Assembly (NCBI GenBank): GCA_965178125.1
Contig: OZ237748.1
Coordinates: 124,001-188,000 of the forward strand
DNA from: Bilabrum cf. latius
Taxonomy: Eukaryota
Direction: 5' to 3'
DNA: 64,000 nucleotides
The notes under the pieces: model-generated
The model's database searches: none
What the model was told of the DNA's origin: nothing
What the model saw: only the letters and a program-made list of their open reading frames with translations
Position numbers and translations under genes: made by a program
Shown here: positions 1 through 14,000 of the stretch, one piece after another
How positions within the stretch are numbered: the first letter of the stretch is position 1
How the letters are laid out: each line of letters starts with the position of its first letter

Positions 1-3000
1 TGGACGCACCACCGGTACGACTTCCCCGAGCAGCCCCTCCATCCTCTCCACGGTCATGCCCGGCTCCGGCTCAACGAACGTGCGAATGTTCGACCTCTGC
101 TCGCCCGACAGCTCCGAGGCCTTCTTGCGGACTATCCCTTCAATCGCTGCAGCACACTGCGCCGAGGAGCCCCGCGATGATGACTCTTGAGCGCCTGCCT
201 CTGGTGCCGACGCGCGGCGGTGCGGGGCATCCGGGCCAGCACCAGAGATGCCCGCACCGCCCTGTCCCGCTCTGCTTCCAGGGCGCGAATCCGCTGCACT
301 GGAAGCGGATCCGTGCGACGAGTGGTCGCTGCAGGCCGCACTGGCAGCCGATCTCGAACCCTTGACGCCCTCCTACGCAACCCCTGTGCTCGACCGAGCG
401 GCTGCACGCGCGCTCGACCCCCTCGGCTGCGCGACGCCCTCCGGACACACGGCGTCCAGTATGCGCGTGGTCACGCTCGCGCGGAAGTCGCCCATCGACG
501 CAGGCAGGGTCACCACCCGCGAGCCAAGCTGATCGTCCAAGTGCTTCTGCAGATGTCCAATGAGCTCGTCGGTGAGGAAGTCGGGCTGGAACGGGTGAAG
601 CACCCTGCCAAAGTCACTCTCGCAGCCCCCCGGCGAGAAATGCACGGCAAACCTCCGCCGGAGGTCCGAGTGGCGCTTGCCCTTCTTGCTGTTGTCAATC
701 TTCTCCCTGAACATGCGTGCCTCGTCTACAATCCTGTCCGTGTAGTACGACAGCATCACGAATGTCCTGACCATTGTTGGCACCTCGGTGCGCCCTCCTG
801 TGGCGGGCCAGTCCTCCGATGGGCGCCCTTGCATGAATGCATCGGCAGCGCTGAATAGGGCCATGTCGTGCCCTCCCTGTTCCAACGGAATGACAATGAC
901 GTCCTGGCTGGCGGTGTTGTACCGCATGCAGTTGGTAATCGTGTTGAAGGCGTCCTCTGCCCCGCGCACGCTAGGCAGGTACTTTTCCGCCGGGCCGAGG
1001 GTGCTCGAGATCGGCGAGCCGCCCTGCCCGGTCGGCCTGAACTCGATGCTGAACAGCTCTATTTTCTGCCTGCGGGTGCTGCCCGTATCCCTGAGGTCTC
1101 GAAGGAACTCTGCCACCTGCGGCGCGCTGTCTCGCAGCAGCACGACCCACGCCAGCTTTGGCGCCGCCTCGTTGCGCGATCTGACCGTGTCACGGTAGTG
1201 CGTCTCGGCGAATGTGTCGGCCATCCGGAACGCATCGGCGATCGCTTCCGGCTGCACGGACACTGTGAGTCCCCTGAAAGGCACCTTTGTCGGGGCGAAG
1301 AACTCGAGCGGCCAGGCTCGCACGAGCGATAGGCACTCCTTGTTCCATGCATCCGCCTGCACCGGCTCCAGTACCTCCCTCAGGTATCGCTGCAAGTCGT
1401 GCACCCGAGTCCCGGCGCGGTCATTGGCGAGTGCAAGCTCGAGCGCCCCCCAGGCACTGCTGCCGCGGAAGGTCCCGTGCAGCAGGCGCCATGCGTTGTA
1501 GGCCAGCACGGCTGCGCTGGATGCAACCCCACAACGCATGTGCCCAACGACGGTGGCGGCAATCGCAGCCATGTCGGGTGCCTCTAGCCTTGCGATGATC
1601 TGCCTTCCCTTGGCTGCGAGCCATGCCCACGTGGCTGGCGGCAGGTTGCCGATGCCCTGCTGCGCCTGCTTCTCGGATGTCCACTGCATCGAGACGAGCA
1701 CACCTGGCAGTCCATCCCGCAGGCCATTAGCCTTGCAATCGTCCCAAGTGCTGCAGAGCTCTTTCATAGCCCAAAACGTGGGATCCGAAAAGTCCCACTG
1801 CGACGAGAGTGCCACCGACTCGGTGCAATTATAGCAAAACTGCGTGACGTCCTGAAGGGTGGGAACCTCCTCGCCATCGGCCGATGCAGCATCCCTTTCG
1901 ATCTGGTTCACGATGTGCCTGGCAATGCCGTGGACCGACACGCCCCAGTGCTTGACCTCGGAGAGAAAGTCGAACACTTTCTGCCGCAGCGCTGCTCCCT
2001 GCCGAGCGGACCCTCCTTGCAGGCTCAGCAACCGCGCAAAGTCCTCGTCGCTCCAGTCGATGCCAAATGTGTCGCGGGCAGTCGCTCGACTCACGAGGTC
2101 CGTTTCTTTCAGATGCGTCATCGTCAGCACGTTGAGGCTTGCAAGCCCGCACCAAATGTGGCCCTGCTCCATCCACAGGCTCAGAGGGGTTCCCTGCACG
2201 GCCATGTCACAAAGCGTCACGCACGCCGCTGCCGTCTGGCTTGCCGCCTGGCTTGGTGCGCCAGTGCTTCCCATCGCCTCGGGCAGCCCGCCCCTGGGCA
2301 TGCACTCGGTCTGCACCCTTGCCATGGCCAGAAGCATGCGCACCATGTCATCCTCGTCGGGGGCATCGTCTTTCCCCAGCGCCTCCCGGGCCTCCCGCAG
2401 GAGACACTCGTCACTGGCCCAGTCCGACTCGGCGGTGAGAAACACGAACCGATGCCACACGCTAGTCCGCGCGAGATCGAACCCCCGCTTGAGCAGCTGC
2501 CGCTCGATCGAGGCGTGGTTGCCGTCGGTCGAGCCGGTTCCGTACAGGTGCGTGCTGCCGGCGTGCTGCGCCGTCCTCTGCAGCGGGCTGCTAGCCCCAC
2601 CGTGGTAGTCGATGGCATCGGTGACGCGGCCTTCCTCGTCGTGCAGGTAGAAGGTCATGCAGTAGGTCCCTCTGCACCTTGTGTCCGTCAGGCCCGTCAC
2701 GTGATCCACCATCCTGGGGCTGACGCGCTGCAGCCCCTCGATCAGCCCCAGGAGCGCTTCCAACGTGCCCTCCCAGGCCACGGGGCCGTCTTCGCCCGGA
2801 ATGACGAGTGACAGCGCGACGGTCCCAGGCACACCAGACTCCTGCAATGCGTCCACGTGGGCGACAGCCTCCCTTGCCCAGGTCATAAAAGCCATGATGT
2901 CTTGATCGGCGTCAGCACCCGCGTCTTGCATCGGGACGGACGGCTGCGGGCCAGAATCGCCCCGTGCGGCAGCGCTCGAGCTGGAGGACGAAGAGATCTC

Positions 3001-5095
3001 GGTCCGCACGATGGCAGGCCCGTCCGCCCCCGCCCCCGACGCTGGCCCTGCCCCTGCCCCCGACGCTGGCCCAGGCCCCGACGCTGCCCCTGCACCCACG
3101 CCGTCTCTCTACGAGCAAGTGTAAAAGTCAAGCACGAGCCTGCTGTCCTTGTTCGACAAGCGGTGCCGCACGCTGCGCTTCAAAGCATCGCGCACCGCAG
3201 GCATTCGATGCACGAGGGCGGTGTTGCTGGTGCGGAACACCTCATCGTGCGGGATGGGCTCGTCTGCATCCGGCACGCGCGCGAGTGCATCTGCGGCGTG
3301 CTTGGCGGCGAGCAAGCAGCTGCCGACTGCCACGCCGCTGCGCGTGGCTCTGTCGAGAACCGCCGCATCGTTTAGACCCTTGGCCGCGAGCGGCATCCAC
3401 ACGACCGAGGCATCGTTCTGCTCGTTCTCGGCCCCAAGAGCCGGCCCTGCGGCCAGGGGCGTGCCCATGACCTTCTCCATGTCGCGGACGGCCTCCTGCA
3501 CGGCCCGAGGAGGATCCACGCACACCTGGCCGGCAACGAGAGCGGCAGGGCCGTTAGTCAGCATCTCGTTAGTCACAGCATCACCAGAGTCAGCAGCACC
3601 AGCAGCCACAGCAGCACCAGCCACAGCAGCAACCACCGGAGACCCAGCGGCTTGCTCGTGGCTTTCGAATCCCCTTGTCCTTTCCATGACCTCTCCAAAG
3701 CTCTCCATGGTAGCCAGGCGCGGACTCGCCAGGCATACGGCGGGGTCGAGGAGCCCCACCGACAGCGAGTCCACGGACCTCTGCAGGATGCCCCTGCTCT
3801 TCAGCTGCCCGGTGACGACGCGCCGATGCTACCGACGGACGCCACAGACCCCAGGCATGCTGGCCCCCGACTCGTTGAACTCGCGTATCGGATAGAGCGA
3901 GCCGTCCTCCAGGCTGGCAGCATCGGCTCCGCTCGCACCCGCCATCTTCACCAATGCGTGCGATTTGCCAAACCGCCTCATCGAGTTGTTGCAGTGAACG
4001 GCGGACTCCTGATGCAGCAGGTCGTACAGCCCTTTGGTCTGGTCGACGGCAGTGGAGGTGTGCTTCCATTGCACCTTGGCTGAGGGCAAAGCTGAAGCCG
4101 CGGACGCGACACGGACCGGGGTGGCGAGCTGCGGCACGAATCCGCCGTCCTTCGCCTCGGACACCGCGGCTGGCATGGGCGCCTGCGGGGCGGGCACCGC
4201 ACCGCCCTCTCCGACCCTCAGTTTCTTCGATGGCGCCTGCCCTCCTTCTGAGCCTGGCGGGGGAACCGGCCCGCGCTTGCGGCTGGTACGGTTGGTTGCA
4301 ACCGATCCTGTCTGCTTTGTAGCAGCAGCAGCTCCCATCGGCACCTGCCCAGATGCAGCTCCTCCTGCCTCCATCGTAGCAGCAGCAGCTCCCATCGGCA
4401 CCTGCCCAGATGCAGATGATCCTGCCTCCATCGCAGCAGCAGCAGCAGCCCCTATCGGCACCTGCCCAGATGCAGATGATCTTGCCTCCATCGCAGCAGC
4501 AGCAGCCCCCATCGGCACCTGCCCAGATGCAGATGATCTTGCCTCCATCGCAGCAGCAGCAGCCCCCATCGGCACCTGCCCAGATGCAGATGATCCTGCC
4601 TCCATCGCAGCAGCAGCAGCAGCCCCCATCGGCACCTGCCCAGATGCAGATGATCCTGCCTCCATCGCAGCAGCAGCAGCAGCTCCCATCGGCACCTGCC
4701 TAGCTGCAGCTCCTCCTGCCTCCATCGCCGCAGCAGCAGCCCCCATCCGCACCTGCCTAGCTGCAGCTCCTCCTGCCGCCATCGCAGCAGCAGCAGCCCC
4801 CATCCGCACCTGCCCTGATGCAGATGATCCTGCCCCCATCGCAGCAGCATCAACAGCTCCCATCGGCACCTGCCCAGATGCAGATGACCCAGTCTCCATC
4901 GCCGCAGCAGCAGCAGCAGCAGCAGCTCCCATCGGCACCTGCCCAGATGCAGATGACCCAGTCTCAATCGCAGCAGCAGCAGAAGCAGCAGCAGCCCCCA
5001 TCCGCACCTGCCCTGATGCAGATGATCCTGCCCCCATCGCCGCAGCAGCAGCCCCCATCCGCACCTGCCCTGATGCAGATGATCCTGCCCCCATC

Positions 5096-5146
<51 letters not shown>

Positions 5147-6159
5147 CCCATCGGCACCTGCCCAGATGCAGATGATCCATGGGCTGCAATCCGGCGAGCC
5201 GTCTTGGATGACTGCCGTCTGCGGCGCGCCTTGGATATCTTCAAAGCAGGCGTGCTGCGGACAGCAATCACCTCAATGGTCAGGACTTCCCTGCCTCGGC
5301 CGACCACGGTCTGACCCTCGATCATGTGGCGTGGTGGTGCGACCGGCTGCAGGTCTTGGATCTTGGCGTTGCTTGCATTGCCTTCACTCCTTTCTACCGT
5401 CGGAGTAGCGGCAGGAGCTGGGGTCTTGGCCTCGCCCTCACCCTCCCTTTCTCTCGCCCCTGAAGCCGCAGCGGAGGAAGAAGAGGATGAAGATGAAGAA
5501 GAGGATGAAGAAGAGGACGAAGAAGAGGATGAAGAAGAGGATGAAGAAGAAGAAGAAGAGCTGGACAAAGCAGGAGCAGAGGATGGCAAGGCCGGCACAG
5601 CGGCTCTGTCCCTGCTAGATCCGCTCATCCCCTTGCCCTTGCCCTTGCCCATGCCCCGACCCCCCTGCCTGGCGCCTCCGAGCAGGTACCCCGACCTGGA
5701 CTTGCCCTTGGACCGGCTCCGAGTCCGCCCCCTCGAGGGCTTCTTCTTCGAAGCGAGGATCCCACCCCGATGCATGGATGCTTGCGTGGCCATCCTCTTG
5801 CGCCGGAGCTGCTCCGACGCTGAGACGCTCGTTCCGCCCGCCGCGGCGGTACCGTCGCGCATGGGCCCCGCCGCCGCCCCGCCGGCGCTAGCCGAATTCG
5901 CCACGCTCCCGCCGTCAGACAGGTGCTTGGTCTCGACGCCGAGCGGGGAGGTGACTTGTTCTTCCTTGCCGCTTCGGTTGGTTCCATCGGATGCCGGCGA
6001 GCGGCGACTGCCCGAGGCGGGCGCTGCCGAGGCAGAGCCGTGCCCAGCTGACGTCGAAAGCATCCCAGCCTGGGCTTGCCCGTGCGCGGCACGTTGCGGA
6101 GACTCTTGCTGGGACTCGCCAGCTCGTTCTAGCGTGACTCCTCCTTCCCCCGGCCCCAT
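1..6159 (-). CDS. Very large hypothetical protein (>2000 aa, 3' end beyond the window) with low-complexity N-terminus, Ala-rich tandem repeats and a possible GIY-YIG-like motif
   Basis: ORFs 3829-6219, 3109-3774 and 373-3099 share one frame and are separated only by TAG (3829, 3109, 373). The frame then stays open to position 1. First in-frame ATG is at 6159; a polypyrimidine+CAG acceptor near 6205 may indicate a short upstream exon. Confidence 0.7.
4318..5185 (-). repeat. Coding minisatellite, about 15 units of ~54-65 bp (GSSASGQVPMGAAAAAAME), with a (GCA)n tract at ~5096-5143
   Basis: Repeated ccccatcggcacctgcccagatgcagatgatcctgcctccatcgcagcagca units are directly visible. Confidence 0.95.
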
Positions 6160-7554
6160 TGCTGGGTCACGAGAGCGGCGCTGCGGCTCGCTCGCGCTGC
6201 CGTCCTGCGGAAGGGGCAATCAGGAGTCACACAGAAGCGTTCGTACCGAAACAAAGGGTCCTGTGGTTACAATACCGATGAAATCATCCATTACATAGCC
6301 GATAAATACCACTCCGCGCCTGTATCACCGCGAAATCTGCCGTCCGGGAAAATCGAGCAAGTGCGCGGCGACGGTGACGGGCCACCCTGCTCGCGCCGGT
6401 CCCGGCCGTCTCCGTCTTCATTACCTCGCAATGAAACCTATCATTGGCCCTGATCAACGAGATCGGAACGGATCCGGCGTAGAACCGCGGTGTTCGAAGC
6501 GGTGCGGCGTCTCCCAGAACGTGCTCGCCCAACATTCAAACCGCGGAGAATCAGGCAGGTTCTACCTCCAGCAGCCGTTATAGCGGGATCCAAGAAGCAT
6601 GCATACGGGCACTAGTATCTCACGAATGAAGTCATCGCACCCGTTGGGCCAGACGATGCGGCTGACCGCTTCGAATGTGAATCAGGGCCGTCCATGCTTG
6701 GGCAAAATCTCAGGGTTCTGTATATCCTTGAAACGAGGAGAAAATCGATGCAATTGCCACGTGTGGCAAGTACAAGCAAAGTATGTTCCTGTGCTGGCGC
6801 CTATTTCGGGTAGCAGACTTCCCAATGGATGCCAAAGTGTGAAGGTGTAGCCAGGCTGTCACGACCCCACCAATCGAGCCGTGCGATTTGGCAATCTGAT
6901 TAAAATGGCTCAAGCGTCGAAAGCGGCGAATGTATGGACGCGAACGGCCCCTGCATGCGCCACACGGCCCAACGAAGCGTAGTAGGCTGGCCGAGCCTAC
7001 CACTGGGCATTCGCGGTCCATTGCAGTCCTTTTTGAAGCGTTTGAAGGGAAGAATCGAACATTGCATCGATACAGAGCTTAGGCGCAAACGATACGCGTG
7101 GAAAGTAAGCTCAAACGTAGTGAAATGCGTTCGTACAATACTCTATCGGCGCGGTGGCGCCACACGGCACTGCATGCACCAGAGCCGCCGGCGGGCGATC
7201 CGGGGATGCCGATGCGCATCCTGCTGCCTGCATTCAACGGGTGCGCATGGAGTGCGTGCGATTAGTAAAGCTTATGATACATACGATCGATCGATCGATG
7301 GATGCTGACTGATGTGTATGGCACAAGGCAAGCATGCATCCGAGCGTGGCACCGCCCGCGCTGCCGAGCGCCTCGGCGGCTCCACCCACAGTGTCGGCCC
7401 CACTCCAGCCGCCCGCTCGCAATTCACCACGTTGGACGCCGCAGCAGCAACGACCCATCCGTACCTTGACAAGCGCATCACAGCATCGAGTCAGAGCCCG
7501 CGCCGGTCGCAGGCTCCCAGCGGCCTCATCCCACCGGGCCTGACCTAGCGAGCC

Positions 7555-8165
7555 TCACTCGACCACGCCACAGTCCACGATCTCGATGGTGGACAGGGGG
7601 GGGCCGTCGGCGGGGTTGCCCTGGGCCTCGATCTTGTCGCAGACGCCCACGGTCTCCTCGGTGGCGTGCCCGAAGACCATGTGCTTGCCGTCCAGCCACG
7701 AGCACGGCACGAACGTCAGGAAGAACTGGGAGCCGTTCGTGTCCGGGCCGGCGTTGGCCATCGAGAGCATGCCGCGCTTCGTGTGCTTTACGGCGAAGGA
7801 TTCGTCTTTGAAGGTCCTCCCTGGCAGATTAATATATTAATCGAAAGAAACAAGAGCAACAGGAAAGAGCGAGAAGTAAAGGCGAGAGGAAGCGAGAGCC
7901 GGAGGCGCAGCGATCGGCACCCCATGTTCTCACCGTAAATGGACATGCCGCCGGTGCCGTTGCCCTTGGTGAAGTCTCCGCCCTGGGCCATGAAGCCCTT
8001 GATGACGCGGTGGAACTTGCTGCCCTTGTATCCGAAGCCCTTCTCGCCCGTGCACAGCGCCCTGAAGTTGGCCGTGGTCTTGGGGTTCTTGTCGTCGTAC
8101 AGCTCGAACTCGATGCGCTGCGCGGGGCCTCCGCCAATGCTGATGTCAAAGAAGCAGTTCGACAT
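7555..8165 (-). CDS. Cyclophilin-type peptidyl-prolyl isomerase (CypA-like), 2 exons: 8165-7934 and 7820-7555
   Basis: FFDISIGG...[45 protein letters not shown] intron 7933-7821 joins [12 protein letters not shown], followed by [26 protein letters not shown]. Ends in TGA. Confidence 0.97.
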
Positions 8166-9042
8166 TGCTCTAGCTGTCCTTTTCTTCTGCGAGATACGGC
8201 TTAAGATGCACAGCTGGGTGAGCCAACACAGGTAGCCTTGCAAGAGCTAGGGACTGCAAAAGGAGCGCTCACCGCGCGTCAAATTGATTAGGCTCATTCA
8301 ACCAAACATGCAAGAAGACAGGCTGTCCGTGATGCAGCTGAGCAGCAGCTTGCAGCAATACACGAATCAAGCCACACAACCCAAAGTTCCCCTCCACACG
8401 TTGATGTACTGTAGGCCAGCAACTTGGCCATCTACCACGAGGAACGCATCAATCAACAAATCCTAAAATCAATGGTGGTTCTTGTAAGCTTGGACGTCAG
8501 CGCATTACCGGTCGATCATGTGCTGGAACAACCAATCCAGCGATCACTTCAAGCCGGGCTCAAACAAGGGGGCAACACTCGCAGTGCTTCGACCGGCTGG
8601 ACTTGCACTATTAGCAACAAACTATAGAGATCAATTCGCCAAAGAATGCTCGATCAGGCAATGCTACTCACCCTTGTTGAAATGACTGCAACGGATCGAC
8701 ATTGAACAATTGTTTTTCATATGACCCCAACAGGGGCAAGTATAGCGGAACGTACCCCTGCAGGATGCGCGGCGCAAATGCGAAGCTCGATGGTGTGTTT
8801 GGTATCATCAAGTAATTCTAGCATCTTGAAAGCGATGGTTAGGCCCTTCAAATATCCGACTGAGAGTTTGCGCGAGTCGGACCGGAGGATACGTGGGTTG
8901 TATAGCAGGCAAACACCAGAGAGAGCTGGAGGCACGGTCCCGAGAATTCCATCGGGCGATCAGGGCCGAAACCCCAGCTGCAGCCGCTATTCGGACGGTA
9001 GATGACTGCCAAGACAAAGCAGGCATCGTCAAGATCCAGGCT

Positions 9043-9349
9043 CTGCAGCCGGTTGACCCACCACGCCAGAGGATCGAGGGACAGGACCTGCAGCCGGTCG
9101 ACCCACCAACACCAGAGGATCGAGGGACAGGACCTGCAGCCGGTTGACCCACCAATACCAGAGGATCGAGGGACAGCACCTGCAGCCGGTCGACCCACCA
9201 CGCCAGAGGATCGTGGGACATGACCTGCAGCCGGTCGACCCACCACGCCAGAGGATCGAGGGACATGACCTGCAGCTGGTCGACCCGCCACGCCAGAGGA
9301 TCGAGGGATAGGATTTGCAGCCAATCGACCCGCCACGCCAGAGGATCGT
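9043..9349. repeat. Minisatellite, about 7 units of 45-46 bp
   Basis: Unit cagaggatcgagggacaggacctgcagccggtcgacccaccacgc recurs at ~9067, 9113, 9159, 9204, 9249, 9294 and 9339 (partial). Confidence 0.93.
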
Positions 9350-9890
9350 TGGCTCGACTCGTGATCACAGTCGCAGCTGATCCTTCCTGCGCGCTGCCCC
9401 TGGCGAGGAGTTGGTGATTGTCGCTAAGGTGGGAGCTGCAGAACGGCAGGTCTGGTCTGCCAGCGGGCGTGTGTTCTCTCCTGATCGGTGGCTGACGGCT
9501 GGGTGCGCGCCTGCCGGGGCATGCCCTGGAGGGTTAGAGGGCGGCAAAGCCAAGGTAGCAGCAGCAGCACCAGCAACCAGCAACCAGCCGCGAGCGGTGG
9601 GTCGGCGCCTGGATATCGCTCGGTGAGTCGGTCCGCTGTACCGCTGCCGTGCACGTCGATGGTGCAGGTCTCAATGAAGACCGCAAGGACGGCGACAGCA
9701 TGGATGGCCACGATGACGAGTAGCCCGATGAGGAGCTGCTGGCGCTCAAGAGGATCAGATCAGGGGCCTCTGCCACACACGACCTGCGTGTGTCCGTTCC
9801 TGAGAGCACGCCGGGGTATGATTGCCGGCCGTCGAGCGGCGCGCGGCGGCTGCCGCTGCACGTGTTTGCTGTGAGCGATGCGGTACAGCG

Positions 9891-10030
9891 GCGTGGATCA
9901 GCAGTCGAGGGAGCCAGGCCAGTGACGCGTGGATCAGCAGTCGAGGGAGCCAGGCCAGTGACGCGTGGATCAGCAGTCGAGGGGGCCAGGCCAGTGACGC
10001 GTGGATCAGCAGTCGAGGGGGCCAGGCCAG
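9891..10030. repeat. Minisatellite, about 4 x 36 bp
   Basis: gcgtggatcagcagtcgaggg(a/g)gccaggccagtgac at 9891, 9927, 9963 and 9999. Confidence 0.93.
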
Positions 10031-10280
10031 CGAAGTACGAGCGGGAGCGGCGGCTGGGGAGGGTTGAGGGCGGAGTAGAGAGGGGTGGTAGTTCACCAAG
10101 CGGGTGAGGGAATAGTGGACGAGGAGATGATGGGTGGAGTCATCTGGTTGACACGGCGGATTGAAAGGAGGAGGCACAGGCCGGGCAGGTGAAGGTGCGG
10201 GCGTGTGGGTGACGAGTGACCCATACGTGGGATCGGATCACGGAACAGCATGCGGATGACGAGGTTGGAAGGTCGCCATT

Positions 10281-10330
10281 AGGCTAATATTTGAGTGGCA
10301 ATCAAGTCGCGTGCCATTCGGGCGCTGAGG
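10281..10330 (+). repeat. Dispersed 50-bp repeat, copy 1 (copy 2 at 25848-25897)
   Basis: aggctaatatttgagtggcaatcaagtcgcgtgccattcgggcgctgagg has 3 mismatches to copy 2. Confidence 0.85.
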
Positions 10331-11015
10331 GGCAGCGCTCGCCCCTCGATCCGGATTCGTTGTGCACCGCTGTCGGGTCGGTTACGGGTAAAATGACTGC
10401 CAAGAAGAACAGCTATTGTGTTTAACCTAAGGTCTCGAATGGTCTAGTACACTGTAATGCGAAATGGATGGCCGCATGGACGGATGGGATGGCAGGATCC
10501 TTCGAACCACTTCAGTGAGATTCGACTGCATCAGTTTTTGGGGTGTGATCCAAATGGATTTGACTTGTACTTGAATGTTAATTCAGTTCAACGAGAGCTA
10601 GACATCGGATGTGTGGCATCATAAAACGAGACTTTTAGGGTTAGCCCGTGTCTACCAAATGATGCCAGAGGGTGCGAGGCACTGCGAGCAACCTAGTCTC
10701 GTAAATAAACAGACATGGCAAAACCTGACAAAGTTGTGCCTGTGCGCGACCCTTGACCGGACTGACCGGGGCTGGGAAGAGCACGTGCACTACTCCGCCG
10801 AGGAGGAGGGGGCCGGGAGGGTGGGCAACAAAAACTACCCAATCTCCGCCCCTCTCGCGAACACAGAGAGTGAATCCGCGCGTCGTATAACACGCCAATC
10901 CGTTGGCCTGGTCGCATCTTCCCAATAACGGCCGCAAGCGGAACCTGGATCTACCCACGCTCCCACTCTGGCATCGACACCGAACCCCATACGGGCGTTA
11001 GGATCATCAAGGACA

Positions 11016-14000
11016 TCAAGGACAGCCCAATGCAGCACCGGTGCCATGCAGCACATCCTCCGAGATGCCAGCGAGCAACTCATGCCGTCGCTTTCCGACG
11101 AATAGCGAGCACAGATGGGCCACCAGGCCCTTCCCTGGGTCGGGCAGCCGAGCTGCCTCATACCCCGGCACGGTTTTCTCCCAGGCAGCAGCCAGTAGAT
11201 TGGCCCCGGGACGGCCGTGCCAGAACACGACAGTTCCGTGGTCCCGCAGCACAGACACCGGTGCCACGTTCTCCTGTGCGCCCCCTTGCGGTTCCACAAC
11301 GCTGGTCAAGAAATCAGCAGGCAGCGTCGATCCCGTCATGAGTACCACGGCTGTGTAACCTCTGCGCAATGTCTCGGCGGCGGCCTTGGCGGCCAGCGCC
11401 AGCAGCTGCACGCGGCGAAGAATGTGAGTGGGTCCCGCGCCCCAGCCTTCGTCCTCTCTGGCCACACTCCGCTCACGTCGATCTCCGGGAACTCCATCCG
11501 CTCTGTTGGCGAGCCCGAGGTCGGCGTCGGCTGGCGCTGAAGCGGAAGGTGGCGGCACGCGGCCATCTTCGGCCCACGAAGGCACCAGGATATGGGGCAG
11601 GAAGTATGGCTCGATCCCGTGGGTGTCCCAGCAGTACTGGGCGTGGTCGAGCGTGGGTGAGAACACAGCCGGGATGCCCACCGCGCCTGCCGTCTCGAGC
11701 GCTGCACTCACGGATCCGAGGCTTTGGCGGTGAGCATCGGTGTCCTGGTCTTCGTCACCAATCACGGTAATGACGGCCGGGGATGTGGCGAGCGGCTGCT
11801 CTGTTGCATTGGCGGTGCCGTGCTTGCCTCCCACTTGCTCATCCGGATGCGATGCTTGCTGCAAGCCACCCGTTCGCTTCTCGCGTCGGTCGCCCGCAGC
11901 ACTGGGGTACACGGCTCGCAGGGCCAGGTACTCGTGCAGAGTTCGTGCAGCAGGGACTGCATCGAGCAAGGATTGCTCTGCGCGAGTTTGCGCTTCGCTG
12001 TTGACCCCAATGCCTCGAGATGCTGGCTTCTCGATCATGCCCCAGTCGCTCGCGGCGGATGGCTGCAGGAGCCGTGCATCGGGACGAATGCCCCGCTTGA
12101 TCGCGTGCAAGCGGCGGCAGAGCTCGCACGTACCTGCCTTGGTTTGGTCAAACTCGACAATTCCGTCGTTCGTCGTCTGCCGCGTCGAACCTTCCGCCCA
12201 GTTGGCGAACTCACCCTGCATGATGACTCCACCCACCGGCCTTCGCTTGCCTCGTCCTGCGCGGCTGGCGCCCTTCTCGTCGTCGACCGCGCTCTGGCCA
12301 GATAGACGCATCCTCCCACCGCGGGCTGTGGCTGGGGGCCGGCCCGCCCGCCAGGCCTAGAACCGCGCCATGCCGCTCTCCAGGTGGTGTTTCACGGATC
12401 GTACCGCTGCCTTGGCCGAGGAGAACCCGCTCAGGTCAATGAGCGCGAGGGGGTGCAGCGAAAGCTCCTGCCAGTCGGGCGCGCCGAGGTAGAGCGGCAC
12501 GGAATGCGCCAGCATGGGGTTGGTGGCCTTTTCCGAAAAGTAACCGTGGCACATGGTGTTCTCCATCGCCACCGTGAGCGGCCACGGCTCGAGCGCCTTG
12601 ACCCGCAGCTTGGCCGCGTCGGCATACGTCACCCCATTCCCAAGGATGAGCCCAGTACCGTACGCGTCGCGCCTGTTGTTCATGCAGGTTCCGATCGAGT
12701 CTACCCCAAGCCCTGCGTTTAAGAGCGCCTTGAGCGTCTTTTCTCGATTGGCGCGGCTCTCGCAGTTGCTCTGCATAAAGACGGCAGGTTGCTTGGGGCG
12801 GATGGACCGGATGTCTGCCAGAGCGCGCGCGAAACGGCCTGTGGGAGGACGGCTGTCCGACTTGTTGCGTCCTCCGGATTGGTCTGGACCTGGGAGACAA
12901 CTCACGCGCGGCGAGGGATTCTCGCGGCCGGCACGCAGCAGACCCCTCCGGAGAGACCCGAACTGAGGTTTTGGAAGCGCCCGCAGCGGCATGCTCCACC
13001 ATAGTACCGCGTCCTGCACAGCTTGATCCCACAATTCGGCAGTAAGGTTGCTGCCAGCGACCTGAGGCTGCGCGTGATCACCTGCGGATCGATCCAACTA
13101 GGTGCCGACCCTCAGAGCCAGCAAGGTGCCTTCGGCTGCAGCCTGGGCACCACCGGGCACCACCCCGCGCACAGGCTCACGAAACACCAGGCCGCTCCAA
13201 ACATGCGCGGCGAGCTGTGCCGGCCCCGGTCTGAAGTCGTGAGTGGCTATTTGATTGAGTCGGCGATCGAAGCCTGCAGACAGGTCCAAGAGCGGCTGCA
13301 GCCCGATCTCGCCAACAGGATAGTTCCCGCTTGATTCGCTGGTTGCCTTGAGGTACAAGAGCAGCGGCGGTTTCGTTTTACTGCCGTGGTACCGCTCCTT
13401 GGTCGCAATGAGGGCGCAAATCTTCCGAAAGGAGCTCGGGGGTTTGGCCGCCTGGCTGCGACGCGAGAGCCACTGCTGGCACTCGCTTGCGTCCCGGCGA
13501 GCAATCGATGCCGCTTGGATGCTTTGAACCCACTCCTGGGCATGGTCCTCAATAGCGAGCCATTCGTTGCTGGCCCCCGACCCTACAGCACGGCCGCGCT
13601 GGGAGTGCGCCTTCTGCTGCCAGGCTGCGTGCAGCTGGGCCCTGCGGCGATCCGCACGCAGCCAGGCCCACCGCCCAGTCTCGACCTTGCTCAAAAAATA
13701 CCCGGGCTGGAAAAAATCGGTTGTTTGCTTTGGCAGGCCGGATGCGGCCAGAAACGACCGCTACAGCATGCTATTGGACAGCTCCAAGGCTCCCCCCGGT
13801 CCGCCATCAACCATCGCCTCGTGCAGCTGCCCCGCATCGTAGGCCAGCTCGCACGATACCACATCGTCCTTGGAAAACTGTGGATGCGCGTCAGACCACG
13901 AGTCGTCGTACCAAGGGCACTGTAGAGTAGTGGAGCGTCTCTTTTGCGAACCGATCGCCTTCTTCGCTTCCGCCATAGACCAGCGGCTGATTTTGAGCAG

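Noticed and set aside
9043-10030. Tandem repeats as a CRISPR array or coding repeats
   Set aside because: Units are contiguous with no unique spacers, and the 45/46-bp variation breaks the frame.
10620-11060. Alternative-frame 3' extension of the fucosyltransferase
   Set aside because: The neighbouring frame is open if TAG is read through, but there is no motif or splice evidence linking it. TGA at 11016 is kept as the stop.
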